Assembly: GCA_965204665.1 (NCBI GenBank) | Contig: OZ242002.1 | Location: 1,590,336 to 1,654,335, forward strand | Source of the DNA: Thermodesulfobacteriota bacterium | GTDB taxonomy: Bacteria > Desulfobacterota_D > UBA1144 > Nemesobacterales > Nemesobacteraceae | Reading direction: 5' to 3' | DNA length: 64,000 nucleotides | In this document: in pieces, positions 44,646-54,580 of the stretch | Position numbering within the stretch: position 1 is the first letter of the stretch | Layout of the letters: each line of letters begins with the position of its first letter | Made by a program: the position numbers and the translations under genes | Notes under the pieces: generated by a model | Seen by the model: only the letters and a program-made list of their open reading frames with translations | What the model was told of the DNA's origin: nothing | Databases searched by the model: none

Positions 44646-44935
44646 TGATGACTGACTATTCAGTTCGTGATGAGGTTTGCGGATTGTTATCCTGCGTGGG
44701 GTGAGGAATTTACACTGTCGGTGACTACAACTTGGTCAACTGACCGTCCGGTAAATCTCAAAATTTTCTATCCGTTCAGTTCGAGCCGAGTTATGTTCAT
44801 TACAACACAACGCGGTGGGAGAAGTATGGTTAAGAAAACTGCTGTTACGAAATGTCGGAGCCCTGTAAACGGGCACTGGAAAAATGACCCAGAATAAACC
44901 CGTCTGACCGGCGGTCGAAAACTTGCGGGGGGGGG

Positions 44936-45118
44936 TTAGGGTCTATCTCGAAAAACCCGATAGATGAAATACCCAACCGCGCACAGTACAATCAACCCCA
45001 TCGGACCGCAATCCTCACTGCCTCTGGGTCCCTCATAATCTCCATAATCTATATAAGGATTCGCGGTCGCGGTCACCGACAACACCGTCAGAACACAGGT
45101 AATCAGTAGTTTTTTCAT
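44936..45118 (-). CDS. Small exported, membrane-anchored protein (60 aa)
   Basis: GAGG RBS, signal peptide MKKLLITCVLTVLSVTATA, C-terminal TM and basic tail. Confidence 0.55.
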   Translation of the reverse strand: MKKLLITCVLTVLSVTATANPYIDYGDYEGPRGSEDCGPMGLIVLCAVGYFIYRVFRDRP

Positions 45119-45199
45119 GCCTCTTGATTACATCACGCTAGCAAAGACTTTTTTGACGACTGAAACTACGGAGAAACGAGGACACTGGAGGTTCTAGAA

Positions 45200-45601
45200 T
45201 CAGTTAGGGTCAACTCCGATCGCTATTTTTGAGAATCCGTTGTTTTTCGCTATATCCATGGTTTCCACCACCGGGCCGTGCAGGCTTTGTGAATCCGCTC
45301 TTATTATCACTAAGGAATCTTTGTTGGGTAGTTTAAGGAATTCGGATTCTACCTCTTCAGCAGATTTCATCTGTTTATCGTTAAAATAGATCTTTCCGTC
45401 CTTGGAAATGGAAATATTTATATCCTTGGCCTCGACTATTTCACCTGTAGCCTTGGGCATCTCGACCTTTATGCCGCTTGATATGGCGAAATTAAGCGTG
45501 AGGGCGAAGAATATAAGAAGATTGAAGACCACATCCACAACAGGAGCAAGGTCTACGGCGGATGAGGCGCTGGCTGAAATCTTGTGGTCAACGAAATTCA
45601 T
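45200..45601 (-). CDS. exbD: Biopolymer transport protein ExbD/TolR
   Basis: DLAPVVDVVFNLLIFF, IIRAD, V.TMDIAK. Confidence 0.9.
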   Translation of the reverse strand: MNFVDHKISASASSAVDLAPVVDVVFNLLIFFALTLNFAISSGIKVEMPKATGEIVEAKDINISISKDGKIYFNDKQMKSAEEVESEFLKLPNKDSLVIIRADSQSLHGPVVETMDIAKNNGFSKIAIGVDPN

Positions 45602-45831
45602 AAGGTTTCCTCGTTATACATTCCTACACATGAAAAAAGAGCCTCGAATAAGGCAACCTGACGGCAGAGCTCGAAGCGGTTAAGGATTTAAGTATGGACA
45701 GGTTCATATTCTTCATAAGTATTCGACTGATAAAAACCCCACGCTACCTCCATGTACGCTGGTTGCAAGGAATAACACTTCATGCTTCCATTTTAACCTC
45801 GGCCTTATTAAAAAAACCTGCATTGCTTTCC

Positions 45832-46455
45832 TCAGACTTTGTTTTTATGGCTGAGAATTTCCTCAAGCATTCTTCTGCCTTCTTCCTCAAGAGAGAATAC
45901 AAGTTCTTTGAATTTCCCGTTCACGTATTTATAGGCTATGAGAGCCGGAATCGCCACGGTAAGTCCTAGAGCTGTGGTGTAAAGCGCCTCGGAAATACCG
46001 CCTGCAAGCGAAGGAGGATCAACGATATCCTTTTCCGATATTACGGCGAACACCTTGATCATACCGGATATCGTCCCCAGAAGGCCTATAAGTGTGCTGA
46101 CACTGCTTATCGTAAGCAGCGTGTCTATGTTTTTTTCAAGGACCTGAGCTTCAGCCTTGCCCACCTCTTCTATGGAGTCCTGAATCTCGGTTTTTGGTCT
46201 GTTTGAGTTTAGGGTCGCCACGAGACCGATTTTTGATACCATGGAATCATTTGACATACAGAGAGTTTTCGCTTCGTCAATCCCGCCGGAGTCGATAGTT
46301 TCGTAGAAACTTGACAGGAAATCCGGGGGCATCAACTTACTGCGCCGCAACATATAAATTTTCTGAAGAAAAATTCCAAGTCCGAATATTGAACACAGCA
46401 TCAGGGGGAAGATATAGATACCGCCCTTGGAAAAAAGATTTGCAACAGCTTCCAT
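45832..46455 (-). CDS. exbB: ExbB/TolQ/MotA proton channel
   Basis: IGLLGTISGMI, LAGGISEALYTTALGLTVAIP. Confidence 0.9.
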   Translation of the reverse strand: MEAVANLFSKGGIYIFPLMLCSIFGLGIFLQKIYMLRRSKLMPPDFLSSFYETIDSGGIDEAKTLCMSNDSMVSKIGLVATLNSNRPKTEIQDSIEEVGKAEAQVLEKNIDTLLTISSVSTLIGLLGTISGMIKVFAVISEKDIVDPPSLAGGISEALYTTALGLTVAIPALIAYKYVNGKFKELVFSLEEEGRRMLEEILSHKNKV

Positions 46456-46841
46456 GGTTTGCTTTCCTCTAGCCTTTATTGTTGGATTGAACTCATTTGA
46501 CAAAAAATGATAAAGGCAAACTTATTTTTGTCAACAGCAAGCAGATAAACCACTGATTGCATCACAACACGATTTTTAGAATTCGGACTGTGTATAATCA
46601 GGATGTGATTGTACTTGTACGGGGAAACACATCGAAATCTTATCTGTACGACTTGGGTGGCTGATGCTAGTGATTTGTCGTCCTTGATCACTGGATTCCG
46701 CCCATTGATTCCCCGTCCTCCGGACTATAGAAATACAACCCTTTAGGGGTGATACGAAAGAAACCTTCAGCGCCGCGGATTGATTCCCGATGGTTTTTTC
46801 GGGTAGAGTTTCGATAGTTTAGTCCTCAGTGATACCATGTC

Positions 46842-48104
46842 ATGACTTCTGATTTTCAATATGTAGACGGTGAACTTTATGTGGAGAAAGTGCCTGTCGG
46901 GGATATATGCGAAAAAGTGGGCACACCGGTCTACATATATAGTTGCAATTCCATCAGAGAAAAATTTTTTGATTACCGTCAGGCGTTTTCCCATATGGAT
47001 ACCCTTATCTGCTATTCGGTAAAGGCTAATTCCAACATATCCGTACTGAAGATTTTTTCTTCCCTGGGTTCCGGTTTCGACATAGTTTCGTCAGGAGAAC
47101 TGCAAAGAGTGCTTGCCGCCGGAGGAGATACTTCAAAAGTGGTGTTTTCCGGAGTTGGAAAAACTGCGGAGGAGATAAAAAAAGCGATCGAGACAGGCAT
47201 ACTGTTTTTCAATGTGGAATCCGAGGCGGAACTTGTCAAGATAAACGAAATTGCGGTTTCTCTCGGGAAGAAAGCACCCGTCGCCGTAAGGGTGAATCCC
47301 GACATAAATCCAGACACGCATCCCTACATATCGACCGGTTTTGAAAAAAGCAAATTCGGCATAAGTATGGAAAAGGCCGCCGGTGTCTACAGAAACGCCG
47401 CGCGGATGGAGGGAATAGAGATAAGAGGAATCGATGCCCACATAGGTTCACAGATATTCGATCTCTCGTCTTTTTCCGAATCCGTAGAGAAACTTGTTGA
47501 CCTTGCTTCCGGATTGTGTGCGGATGGAATAGACATCTCCTATATAGATATAGGCGGAGGACTCGCCATAGGTTATCAGCAGGGACAGGAACCTCCTGCG
47601 AAATCGGAGTACGCGCAGGTGTTCCAGGAGCATTTAAAGGATTCTTCTTTCAGACTGGTTCTTGAACCCGGACGGTCTCTTGTGGGCAATGCGGGAATCA
47701 TGGCGACCAGGGTGCTTTATCTGAAAAAAGGGATTTCGAAAAAGTTCGTGATAGTGGATGCGGCGATGAACGATCTCATAAGGCCCTCATTCTACGATTC
47801 GTTTCACCGGATAGATCCTGTATCCGAGAAAACGTCAGAGGAATTTATAGTGGCCGATATAGTGGGCCCCGTATGCGAATCAGGAGACTTTTTGGCCACA
47901 GACAGAAAGATTCCCGCGGTTTGCCCGGGCGAACTGCTTGCGGTTTTCAGCGCCGGGGCATATGGTTTCGTCATGTCGTCAAACTACAACACTCGACCTC
48001 GGGCGGCGGAAGTTCTGGTAAGCGGTGAGCGATATTGCGAGGTGAGAACCCGGGAAACCGTGGATGATATTCTCAGGGCTGAGAGCATTGCAGATTTTCT
48101 TTGA
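46842..48104 (+). CDS. lysA: Diaminopimelate decarboxylase
   Basis: YSVKANSN, SKFG, HIGSQ, EPGR, GPVCESGD, SNYNTR. Confidence 0.97.
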   Translation: MTSDFQYVDGELYVEKVPVGDICEKVGTPVYIYSCNSIREKFFDYRQAFSHMDTLICYSVKANSNISVLKIFSSLGSGFDIVSSGELQRVLAAGGDTSKVVFSGVGKTAEEIKKAIETGILFFNVESEAELVKINEIAVSLGKKAPVAVRVNPDINPDTHPYISTGFEKSKFGISMEKAAGVYRNAARMEGIEIRGIDAHIGSQIFDLSSFSESVEKLVDLASGLCADGIDISYIDIGGGLAIGYQQGQEPPAKSEYAQVFQEHLKDSSFRLVLEPGRSLVGNAGIMATRVLYLKKGISKKFVIVDAAMNDLIRPSFYDSFHRIDPVSEKTSEEFIVADIVGPVCESGDFLATDRKIPAVCPGELLAVFSAGAYGFVMSSNYNTRPRAAEVLVSGERYCEVRTRETVDDILRAESIADFL

Positions 48105-48143
48105 GTTTTTGCGCTTCGTGCGGGAAATCTCCGGCTTTTACAT

Positions 48144-50111
48144 ATGAAACAGGGTTTTAGCGGACTTAGAGTGACATCGTTTGAGAGTCGTCGTTGTGAG
48201 GAGATGGGAAAACTCATCAGCTATCACGGCGGCGTGCCCAGAATCGCGCCGTCGATGAAAGAGGTCCCGTCCGGGAAAAATCCTCATGTGAGCAGGTTTC
48301 TGGGAGATCTTTTCTCAGGCGCGGTGGACATACTCATTTTGATGACCGGTGTGGGCACGCAGATTCTCTCGGATATTGTCATCGCTCGGGAGGGCATGGA
48401 AAAATACCTCCGCGCTTTATGTTCCGTGAAGATTGTAGCGAGAGGTCCGAAACCCGTTTCGGTACTTAGAAAACTGAAACTTGAACCGGATATAACCGTT
48501 GGGGAGCCGAACACTTGGAAAGACGTACTTTCTTCTCTCGAAACATCAGGTACGGATATTCGCGACAAGGTTGTCTACGTTCAGGAGTACGGAGTTTCCA
48601 ATGCGGAATTTCTCCGCTCGCTTGAAAAAGAAGGCGCGGACGTGAGGAGAATACCCGTTTATAAATGGGCTCTTCCTGACGACCTCGGTCCTCTCCGCGA
48701 CGCTGTGAGGTCAATATCGGAAGGCACCGAAGACTGTCTTCTGTTTACGAGTTCCCGCCAGGTGACCAGCCTTTTCGAAGTTGCGTACCGAGAAGGTTAT
48801 GGTGAAGAAATCAGGGAAGGCATGAAGAAGACTCTTGTATGTTCAATCGGCCCCACAACTACCGAGACGTTGAAGCAAAGCGGGATTTCCGTGGATTACG
48901 AACCCGACAGTCCCAAAATGGGAAACCTGGTGAAAGAAGCGGCCAGGGTGTCGGACTCACTCCTTTTAAGGAAAAGGACCGCCGCTGATAACGGAATCAA
49001 CACGGCAAGTTGGAGACGAACCGATATGGTGTGGCCGGAGAACGGCCCGGCAAGAAGAAGAGAACTCACTTATCAGGGCGCGTTTATGAAGGCATGCAGA
49101 CGTGAAGACCCGGGTTTTACCCCTGTGTGGTTTATGCGTCAGGCCGGTCGATTTCTCCGCGAATACAGAGAACTCCGATCCCGCGTTTCTTTTATAGAAC
49201 TTTGCAAAACTCCCGATGCGGCCGCGGAAACAACGCTCATGGCGGTCGACCGGCTGGGGGTCGACGCCGCCATAATCTTTTCCGACATACTGCTTGTTCT
49301 CCAGTCTTTGGGGCTTTCCCTCGAGTACTCGAGCGCGGATGGTCCGATTATAAAAAAGCCTGTGCGGACATCTAAACATGTGGATTCACTTGAGGAATTT
49401 TTTCCGGAAAGCATGGATTTTCTCCGCCGCGCCGTAACTATAACCAGAGAAGCGCTTTCCCCCGATACAGCTCTTCTGGGTTTTGCCGGAGCTCCGTTCA
49501 CCGTGGCTTCCTACGCGATTGAGGGGGGAGGTTCAAGAAACTACGTCAGCACGAAGAAACTGATGTATTCAGACCCGTCGCTTTGGCGAAGATTCATGGA
49601 AATTCTCACCGATTCCATCTCGGAATGTCTCCGCATACAGGTGGATGCGGGAGCGGACGCTGTGCAGATTTTCGACAGTTGGGCGGGTTGTCTTTCCCCT
49701 GCGGATTATGAAGAATTTGTCTTTCCTCACATGAAAAAGCTGATTTCGAAGCTTCCCGCGGAAGTCCCGGTTATACTGTTCGGGACAGGAACTTCGTCTC
49801 TTCTCGAGTTTATGGGAAACACGGGGGCGGGCGTGATAGCGCTTGACTGGCGGGTTGATATTCTCGACGCCTGGCGCAGGGTAGGTACATCGCTTGCGGT
49901 CCAGGGCAACCTTGATCCGGTATCGCTTCTCGCCTTACCTTCTCATGCGGTCGGCGAGACCAGAAAAATACTTGATAAGGTCGGTGAAAGACCCGGCCAT
50001 ATATTCAATCTCGGCCATGGAATTCTGCCGGGAACTCCGGTTGATAATGTTCTGAGGGTCGTGGATGAGGTTCACCGATACTCTGTACGGAAACAGTTCC
50101 AGAGGTGCTGA
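48144..50111 (+). CDS. hemE: Fused uroporphyrinogen-III synthase / uroporphyrinogen decarboxylase (HemD-HemE)
   Basis: N-terminal half: ARGPKP, VYKWALP, FTSSRQV, SIGPTT (HemD); C-terminal half: PVWFMRQAGR, FSDIL, QIFDSW, FNLGHG (HemE); one continuous frame. Confidence 0.92.
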   Translation: MKQGFSGLRVTSFESRRCEEMGKLISYHGGVPRIAPSMKEVPSGKNPHVSRFLGDLFSGAVDILILMTGVGTQILSDIVIAREGMEKYLRALCSVKIVARGPKPVSVLRKLKLEPDITVGEPNTWKDVLSSLETSGTDIRDKVVYVQEYGVSNAEFLRSLEKEGADVRRIPVYKWALPDDLGPLRDAVRSISEGTEDCLLFTSSRQVTSLFEVAYREGYGEEIREGMKKTLVCSIGPTTTETLKQSGISVDYEPDSPKMGNLVKEAARVSDSLLLRKRTAADNGINTASWRRTDMVWPENGPARRRELTYQGAFMKACRREDPGFTPVWFMRQAGRFLREYRELRSRVSFIELCKTPDAAAETTLMAVDRLGVDAAIIFSDILLVLQSLGLSLEYSSADGPIIKKPVRTSKHVDSLEEFFPESMDFLRRAVTITREALSPDTALLGFAGAPFTVASYAIEGGGSRNYVSTKKLMYSDPSLWRRFMEILTDSISECLRIQVDAGADAVQIFDSWAGCLSPADYEEFVFPHMKKLISKLPAEVPVILFGTGTSSLLEFMGNTGAGVIALDWRVDILDAWRRVGTSLAVQGNLDPVSLLALPSHAVGETRKILDKVGERPGHIFNLGHGILPGTPVDNVLRVVDEVHRYSVRKQFQRC

Positions 50112-50113
50112 TT

Positions 50114-51055
50114 ATGCGGAAAAATTTCGATGCGATAATGATGATCGGATACGGTGCTCCCGAGAAAAAAGAAGATATAATGCCTTTTCTGCGAAACGTG
50201 GCGGGTGGAAGACCCATACCGGAAGAAAGGCTTCTGGAAGTCGCGCATCATTATGAAATTTTTGACGGCCGCTCGCCGCTCAATGAGTTTACCTACAGGC
50301 AGGCAGGGAAACTTGAGAAACTCCTTTCGCAGAAGGGATACGACATCCCTGTCTGTGTCGGGATGAGAAACTGGCATCCGTTCATAAAAGACTCTCTTAT
50401 GCAGTTGCGCGGAAGGGGAGTTGAGAACCTCATAGGACTCATAATGGCGATTTATCAGTCGGACGCGAGTTGGGAGAGATACATTAGGGAGCTAGATGAA
50501 TTTTCACGGGAACTGAGAATGGATATTCAGGTGGAGTATCCTCCTCCGCTTTTCGACCACCCTCTTTTCATAGAAAGTTCCGCTAGTAAGGTCACGGAAT
50601 GTCTGAACGCGATTGCCGAGGAAAGACTTTTGTCCACAATGCTTGTTTTTACCGCACACAGCATCCCGCAGAAAATGTCCGATCGCTCGCCTTATGTCAT
50701 GCAGTTTGAAACTTCTTCAAGGCTTGTAGCGGAAAAGGCGGGGTTCCAAAAATGGATGACGGCCTATCAGAGCAGAAGCGGACCGCCGGAAGAAAAGTGG
50801 CTTGAGCCTGATGTCTGCGATGTTATAGAGGATCTTGCCGCACAGGGTTTTACCGATATTGTCGTTCAACCCATAGGATTCGTCTGCGACCATATAGAGG
50901 TGCTTTTCGACATAGGAGTTGAGGCGACCGATGCGGCCCGGAAATGCGGGGTGAATCTGCGCAGAGCGGAAACCGTGAACGACGACGACCTTTATATCGC
51001 CGCTTTGGGAGACGAGGTGCTGAAACTGCTGGAACCCGAAACAGAGGGGAGATGA
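50114..51055 (+). CDS. hemH: Ferrochelatase
   Basis: GMRNWHP, FTAHSIP, YQSRSG, WLEPD, GFVCDHIEVLFD. Confidence 0.93.
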   Translation: MRKNFDAIMMIGYGAPEKKEDIMPFLRNVAGGRPIPEERLLEVAHHYEIFDGRSPLNEFTYRQAGKLEKLLSQKGYDIPVCVGMRNWHPFIKDSLMQLRGRGVENLIGLIMAIYQSDASWERYIRELDEFSRELRMDIQVEYPPPLFDHPLFIESSASKVTECLNAIAEERLLSTMLVFTAHSIPQKMSDRSPYVMQFETSSRLVAEKAGFQKWMTAYQSRSGPPEEKWLEPDVCDVIEDLAAQGFTDIVVQPIGFVCDHIEVLFDIGVEATDAARKCGVNLRRAETVNDDDLYIAALGDEVLKLLEPETEGR

Positions 51056-52467
51056 CTCGGGGTCCTGCAATCAGAGTCGCGGTTGCGGGCGCGGGTATTT
51101 CAGGTCTCGCGAGCGCGTATTATCTGAGGAAATTCTGCAGCGAAGAAGGTATCGGACTCGACCTCGTTCTTTTCGAATCCGCTGTTCGTCCCGGCGGAGT
51201 CTTCGACACGGTAAGAGAAGACGGGATGACCGTTGAACTCGGACCTGATTCCTTCATAACGTCCAAGCCTTGGGCTGTTGATCTGGTAAGGGATATAGGT
51301 CTTGAAGATTCGCTTCTGGGTGTCGGGGAAGGAAGCGGAAAGGGAGTATTTGTCTACACGGGGGGTGAACTCCATGCGCTTCCCGAAGGCTTTTTTCTGA
51401 TGGCTCCGTCAAGGCTTTCCCCTTTTTTACGCTCGAAGTTGTTCAGCACGCGTGCGAAACTCAGGTTTTTTCTCGAGCCGCTGATTCCCCGCGGCTCCGG
51501 CGAAGATCAAAGTGTAGCCTCGTTTGTAAGGAGAAGACTCGGAGACGAAATCCTTGAGAAAGCGGCGCAACCTCTTCTGGGCGGAATATATATGTCCGAC
51601 CCTGAAAATCTGAGCCTCGCGTCCGCGGCGCCGCAGTTTCTCGAGATGGAGAATAAGAACAGAAGCGTTTTCCTAAGTCTTCTCCGCAACCCTCCGGGGT
51701 CTCGGGGAGAAGGCGGGGCGAGATACGGACTTTTCCTTACGCTTAAAAACGGAATGTCCGTTGTTGCGGAAAGATTGCTTGAAAGCGCGGAGTTTTCGGA
51801 TGTACGTTTCCGAAGCCCCGTCACTTCTCTTGGAAAATCGGATGACGGCTGGGTTGTCAGAACGGAATACGGAGAGGATGTGTTTGATGCGGTTGTTCTG
51901 TCCGTTCCCGCGTATGCGGCTGGCTCGCTGCTTCTGGATGTTGATCCTCAACTTGCGGAAACTCTCCGCGGTATAAACTACATATCTTCCGTTGTCGCGG
52001 TCTGCGTTTTTGAGGAGAAAGAATTTTCCGGTCTTCCCGACGGACTCGGGATAATAATCCCCGATACGGAAGGTATGAATCTTGTCGCGTGTTCGCTTTA
52101 CAGTAAGAAGTTTCCCTGCAAGTGCGCCGGCGCGAAGGTAGTGGTCAGGTGTTTTCTCGGCGGGCAGAAAAATCCCGAGACAGTATCATGGAGCGAGGAA
52201 AAAATAGAGATGGTTCTAAGAGATGAGCTCCTGACTGTATTCGGCGCGGACAATCGCCCCGTGAAAACCTGGATAAGAAAGTACCCGAAGTCCATGCCGC
52301 ACTTTTCTCCAGGACACAAAGATACCGTTTCGGAGATTTCAGAGAAATCTTCGCATCACAGCGGATTAGGTCTCTGCGGGTCTTATATGGGAGTGGGAAT
52401 TTCCGACTGTGTGCGCTCGGGCAACCTTGCCGCCCGCAGTATTGTTGATGATATTCTCTCTGTCTGA
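51052..52467 (+). CDS. hemY: HemY-type proto/coproporphyrinogen oxidase
   Basis: GAGISGL, ELGPDSF, PLLGGIY, GVGISDCV; ATG overlaps the hemH stop. Confidence 0.92.
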   Translation: MTRGPAIRVAVAGAGISGLASAYYLRKFCSEEGIGLDLVLFESAVRPGGVFDTVREDGMTVELGPDSFITSKPWAVDLVRDIGLEDSLLGVGEGSGKGVFVYTGGELHALPEGFFLMAPSRLSPFLRSKLFSTRAKLRFFLEPLIPRGSGEDQSVASFVRRRLGDEILEKAAQPLLGGIYMSDPENLSLASAAPQFLEMENKNRSVFLSLLRNPPGSRGEGGARYGLFLTLKNGMSVVAERLLESAEFSDVRFRSPVTSLGKSDDGWVVRTEYGEDVFDAVVLSVPAYAAGSLLLDVDPQLAETLRGINYISSVVAVCVFEEKEFSGLPDGLGIIIPDTEGMNLVACSLYSKKFPCKCAGAKVVVRCFLGGQKNPETVSWSEEKIEMVLRDELLTVFGADNRPVKTWIRKYPKSMPHFSPGHKDTVSEISEKSSHHSGLGLCGSYMGVGISDCVRSGNLAARSIVDDILSV

Positions 52468-52740
52468 CCGGATTTATCGCAGTCGTAGAGAGGAAGTTAA
52501 GACCGTGAGAGTATTGAGAGGAAGGTCGTCAGAATAAATCGACTGTCAGGAATGCATCTGTTTTTCTGAAGGAAAAGGTTGAAAATCTTCCGGTCTTTCG
52601 TCATATGACGATTTATGAGTAGACAACTTGAGTTTGTAGCGGACATCAGCGACTGTAATTTTTCGGTTCATGTTCCGCAATGTACTCTCTTCATAGTTCC
52701 TTTTTCTTTATGCCAGATGCATCCATCTTGAAATACAGTA

Positions 52741-52751
52741 CCCCCCCCCCC
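52741..52751. repeat. C11 homopolymer in intergenic region
   Basis: Directly visible in sequence. Confidence 0.9.
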
Positions 52752-53014
52752 GAAAAAATTGTTGCGTGAGAAAACACTAGAACAGGTGCTTAACACACTG
52801 ATATTTAGCGATTATTTTTTTGTAGGCGGTATAGTGAACTTGAGTTAAGTTTCTCGGCTTCCGAGGCTTCCCGAGCCTTATCTGTACGACGGATGCTCTT
52901 CACCTGATCACGGGGTTCATTCCGCGGGACTGGCCCCATAGAAACTGTGCCTTATAAAACTCCCCGCCTCATACCGTACCTGCGATCACCGGAGATCATC
53001 CGGCCGAAATCAAA

Positions 53015-53028
53015 CGCCCATTAAACTT
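53015..53028 (+). repeat. Dispersed repeat A core
   Basis: cgcccattaaactt exact; the preceding 22-mer (52991-53012) matches the reverse complement of 3335-3356 at 19/22. Confidence 0.7.
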
Positions 53029-53063
53029 CAACTCGGTCGGATACGCGGGTCGGGCATCTGTCC

Positions 53064-53088
53064 TTGACTTAGTTAGGGGGGGTAGAAT
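53064..53088 (+). promoter_or_regulatory. Sigma70-like promoter with G7 tract in spacer (copy 3)
   Basis: TTGACT-TAGTTA-G7-TAGAAT, 13 bp spacer. Confidence 0.7.
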
Positions 53089-53130
53089 CAAAGTCATGAA
53101 AGATCCTACATTGTCGAAGGAGGTTGTATT

Positions 53131-54432
53131 ATGAAGTCACGTAATTTCTTAGTGTTGTTGTTTCTGTTCGGCGGAGCGGTTTTCTTTGCTGCCTGTGAAG
53201 GAGAGATGGGTCCGCAAGGTCAGAAAGGAGACCCGGGAGTGGCCGGACCGGCAGGTCCGCAAGGTCCGAAGGGGGATCCGGGAGTGGGAGATAAAGGGGA
53301 TAAAGGAGATCCGGGAAAGTCCTTCGGCGACCCCAGATGCGACGTGAGCAACGGTATAAATGCGCTGCCCGGTGTCTCCAATGATATCACGGGGACTGAT
53401 GACGACGATGTCATATGCGGAAATCAGTACAAAAACACGATTAATGCCGGAGACGGCGATGATACTGTCTACGCCGGTGCCGGAAACGACAAGATAGTCG
53501 GCGGCGCCGGCACGGATACGATACATGGTGAAGACGGAGATGACCACATTGATGCTCATTTTGACGGCGACCTCTCGGGAACTACCGACGACGTCATCCA
53601 TGGCGGAGACGGAGATGATACAATCTGGGCCACCGACGGCGCCAACACCATCCACGGCGGAGACGGCGTCGATTACATCCGGGGAGCAGTCGGCGATGAT
53701 ACCATCAACGGCGATGCGGGGCAGGACGCACTTCACGGTGATGGCGGTAATGACACGCTCAACGGTGGAGACGGGGCAGATATATTCTGGCTCCTCAACA
53801 GCGGTACCGACACCTATAACGGCGGCGCCCCGACAGGGACTGCTCTCAGTAATGGTAATGGTTGTCGAGCTGCCGATTCTATAATTTTCGGCGGAGTCGG
53901 TTCTTCAGGAGCTACAATCTCGGGCTTGAAGAAGGGTCTTATCACTTTCACAATAACTTCGGAAGCTGCAACCATCGACCTTGCCACGGGGTCTCTTGAC
54001 CGCAGTGCCCGGGGAGGAGGGTCGATTACATTTACAGGTATCGAGAACGTTTACGGCGGATATGGAGCTGATACTATCAACGGAGACAACCTGGGAAATT
54101 GTTTAGACGGGATAAACGGAAATGATACTATTAACGGAAAAGGCGGAAACGACTTCATTGAAGGAGGTGCCGGTACCGATAATCTTACAGGCGGCGCCGG
54201 TGCCGACACCTTTGTAATGAGGCACTCGAACAGAAGCACCAAGGATACTGTTACGGACTTCAACGCATCGCAGAAGGATATAATCCGGTTCCGGGGTTTT
54301 CCGAAAGGGTCTACGTTGACGGGGTCGGGTCGCACTATCAGGATAGGGACAGACGATTTATTTGACGTGCAGGATGACGCCACGGCAAATACAATCCGTA
54401 CTACGCCGGCCCTATATGAATTTACAGACTGA
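53131..54432 (+). CDS. Collagen-RTX lipoprotein (copy 3)
   Basis: FFAAC lipobox-like site, Gly-X-Y stalk with one interruption, GGxGxD repeats, ALYEFTD end; AAGGAGG RBS. Confidence 0.9.
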   Translation: MKSRNFLVLLFLFGGAVFFAACEGEMGPQGQKGDPGVAGPAGPQGPKGDPGVGDKGDKGDPGKSFGDPRCDVSNGINALPGVSNDITGTDDDDVICGNQYKNTINAGDGDDTVYAGAGNDKIVGGAGTDTIHGEDGDDHIDAHFDGDLSGTTDDVIHGGDGDDTIWATDGANTIHGGDGVDYIRGAVGDDTINGDAGQDALHGDGGNDTLNGGDGADIFWLLNSGTDTYNGGAPTGTALSNGNGCRAADSIIFGGVGSSGATISGLKKGLITFTITSEAATIDLATGSLDRSARGGGSITFTGIENVYGGYGADTINGDNLGNCLDGINGNDTINGKGGNDFIEGGAGTDNLTGGAGADTFVMRHSNRSTKDTVTDFNASQKDIIRFRGFPKGSTLTGSGRTIRIGTDDLFDVQDDATANTIRTTPALYEFTD

Positions 54433-54580
54433 GTTCAATCGGTTCCGGTGAAGTTGTTTCCCCGAAAGGAACAACTTATATTCAGTAAGTTCCGTTCGGT
54501 CAAGGTGTGATGTACGAGTGAGGCGGTATTCACAAAAATTTCTTCCTGTGTAATAATTTAAGGTTGTGTTGGAGATTACT

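Noticed and set aside
46504-46841. Lysine riboswitch upstream of lysA
   Set aside because: No L-box consensus features recognised
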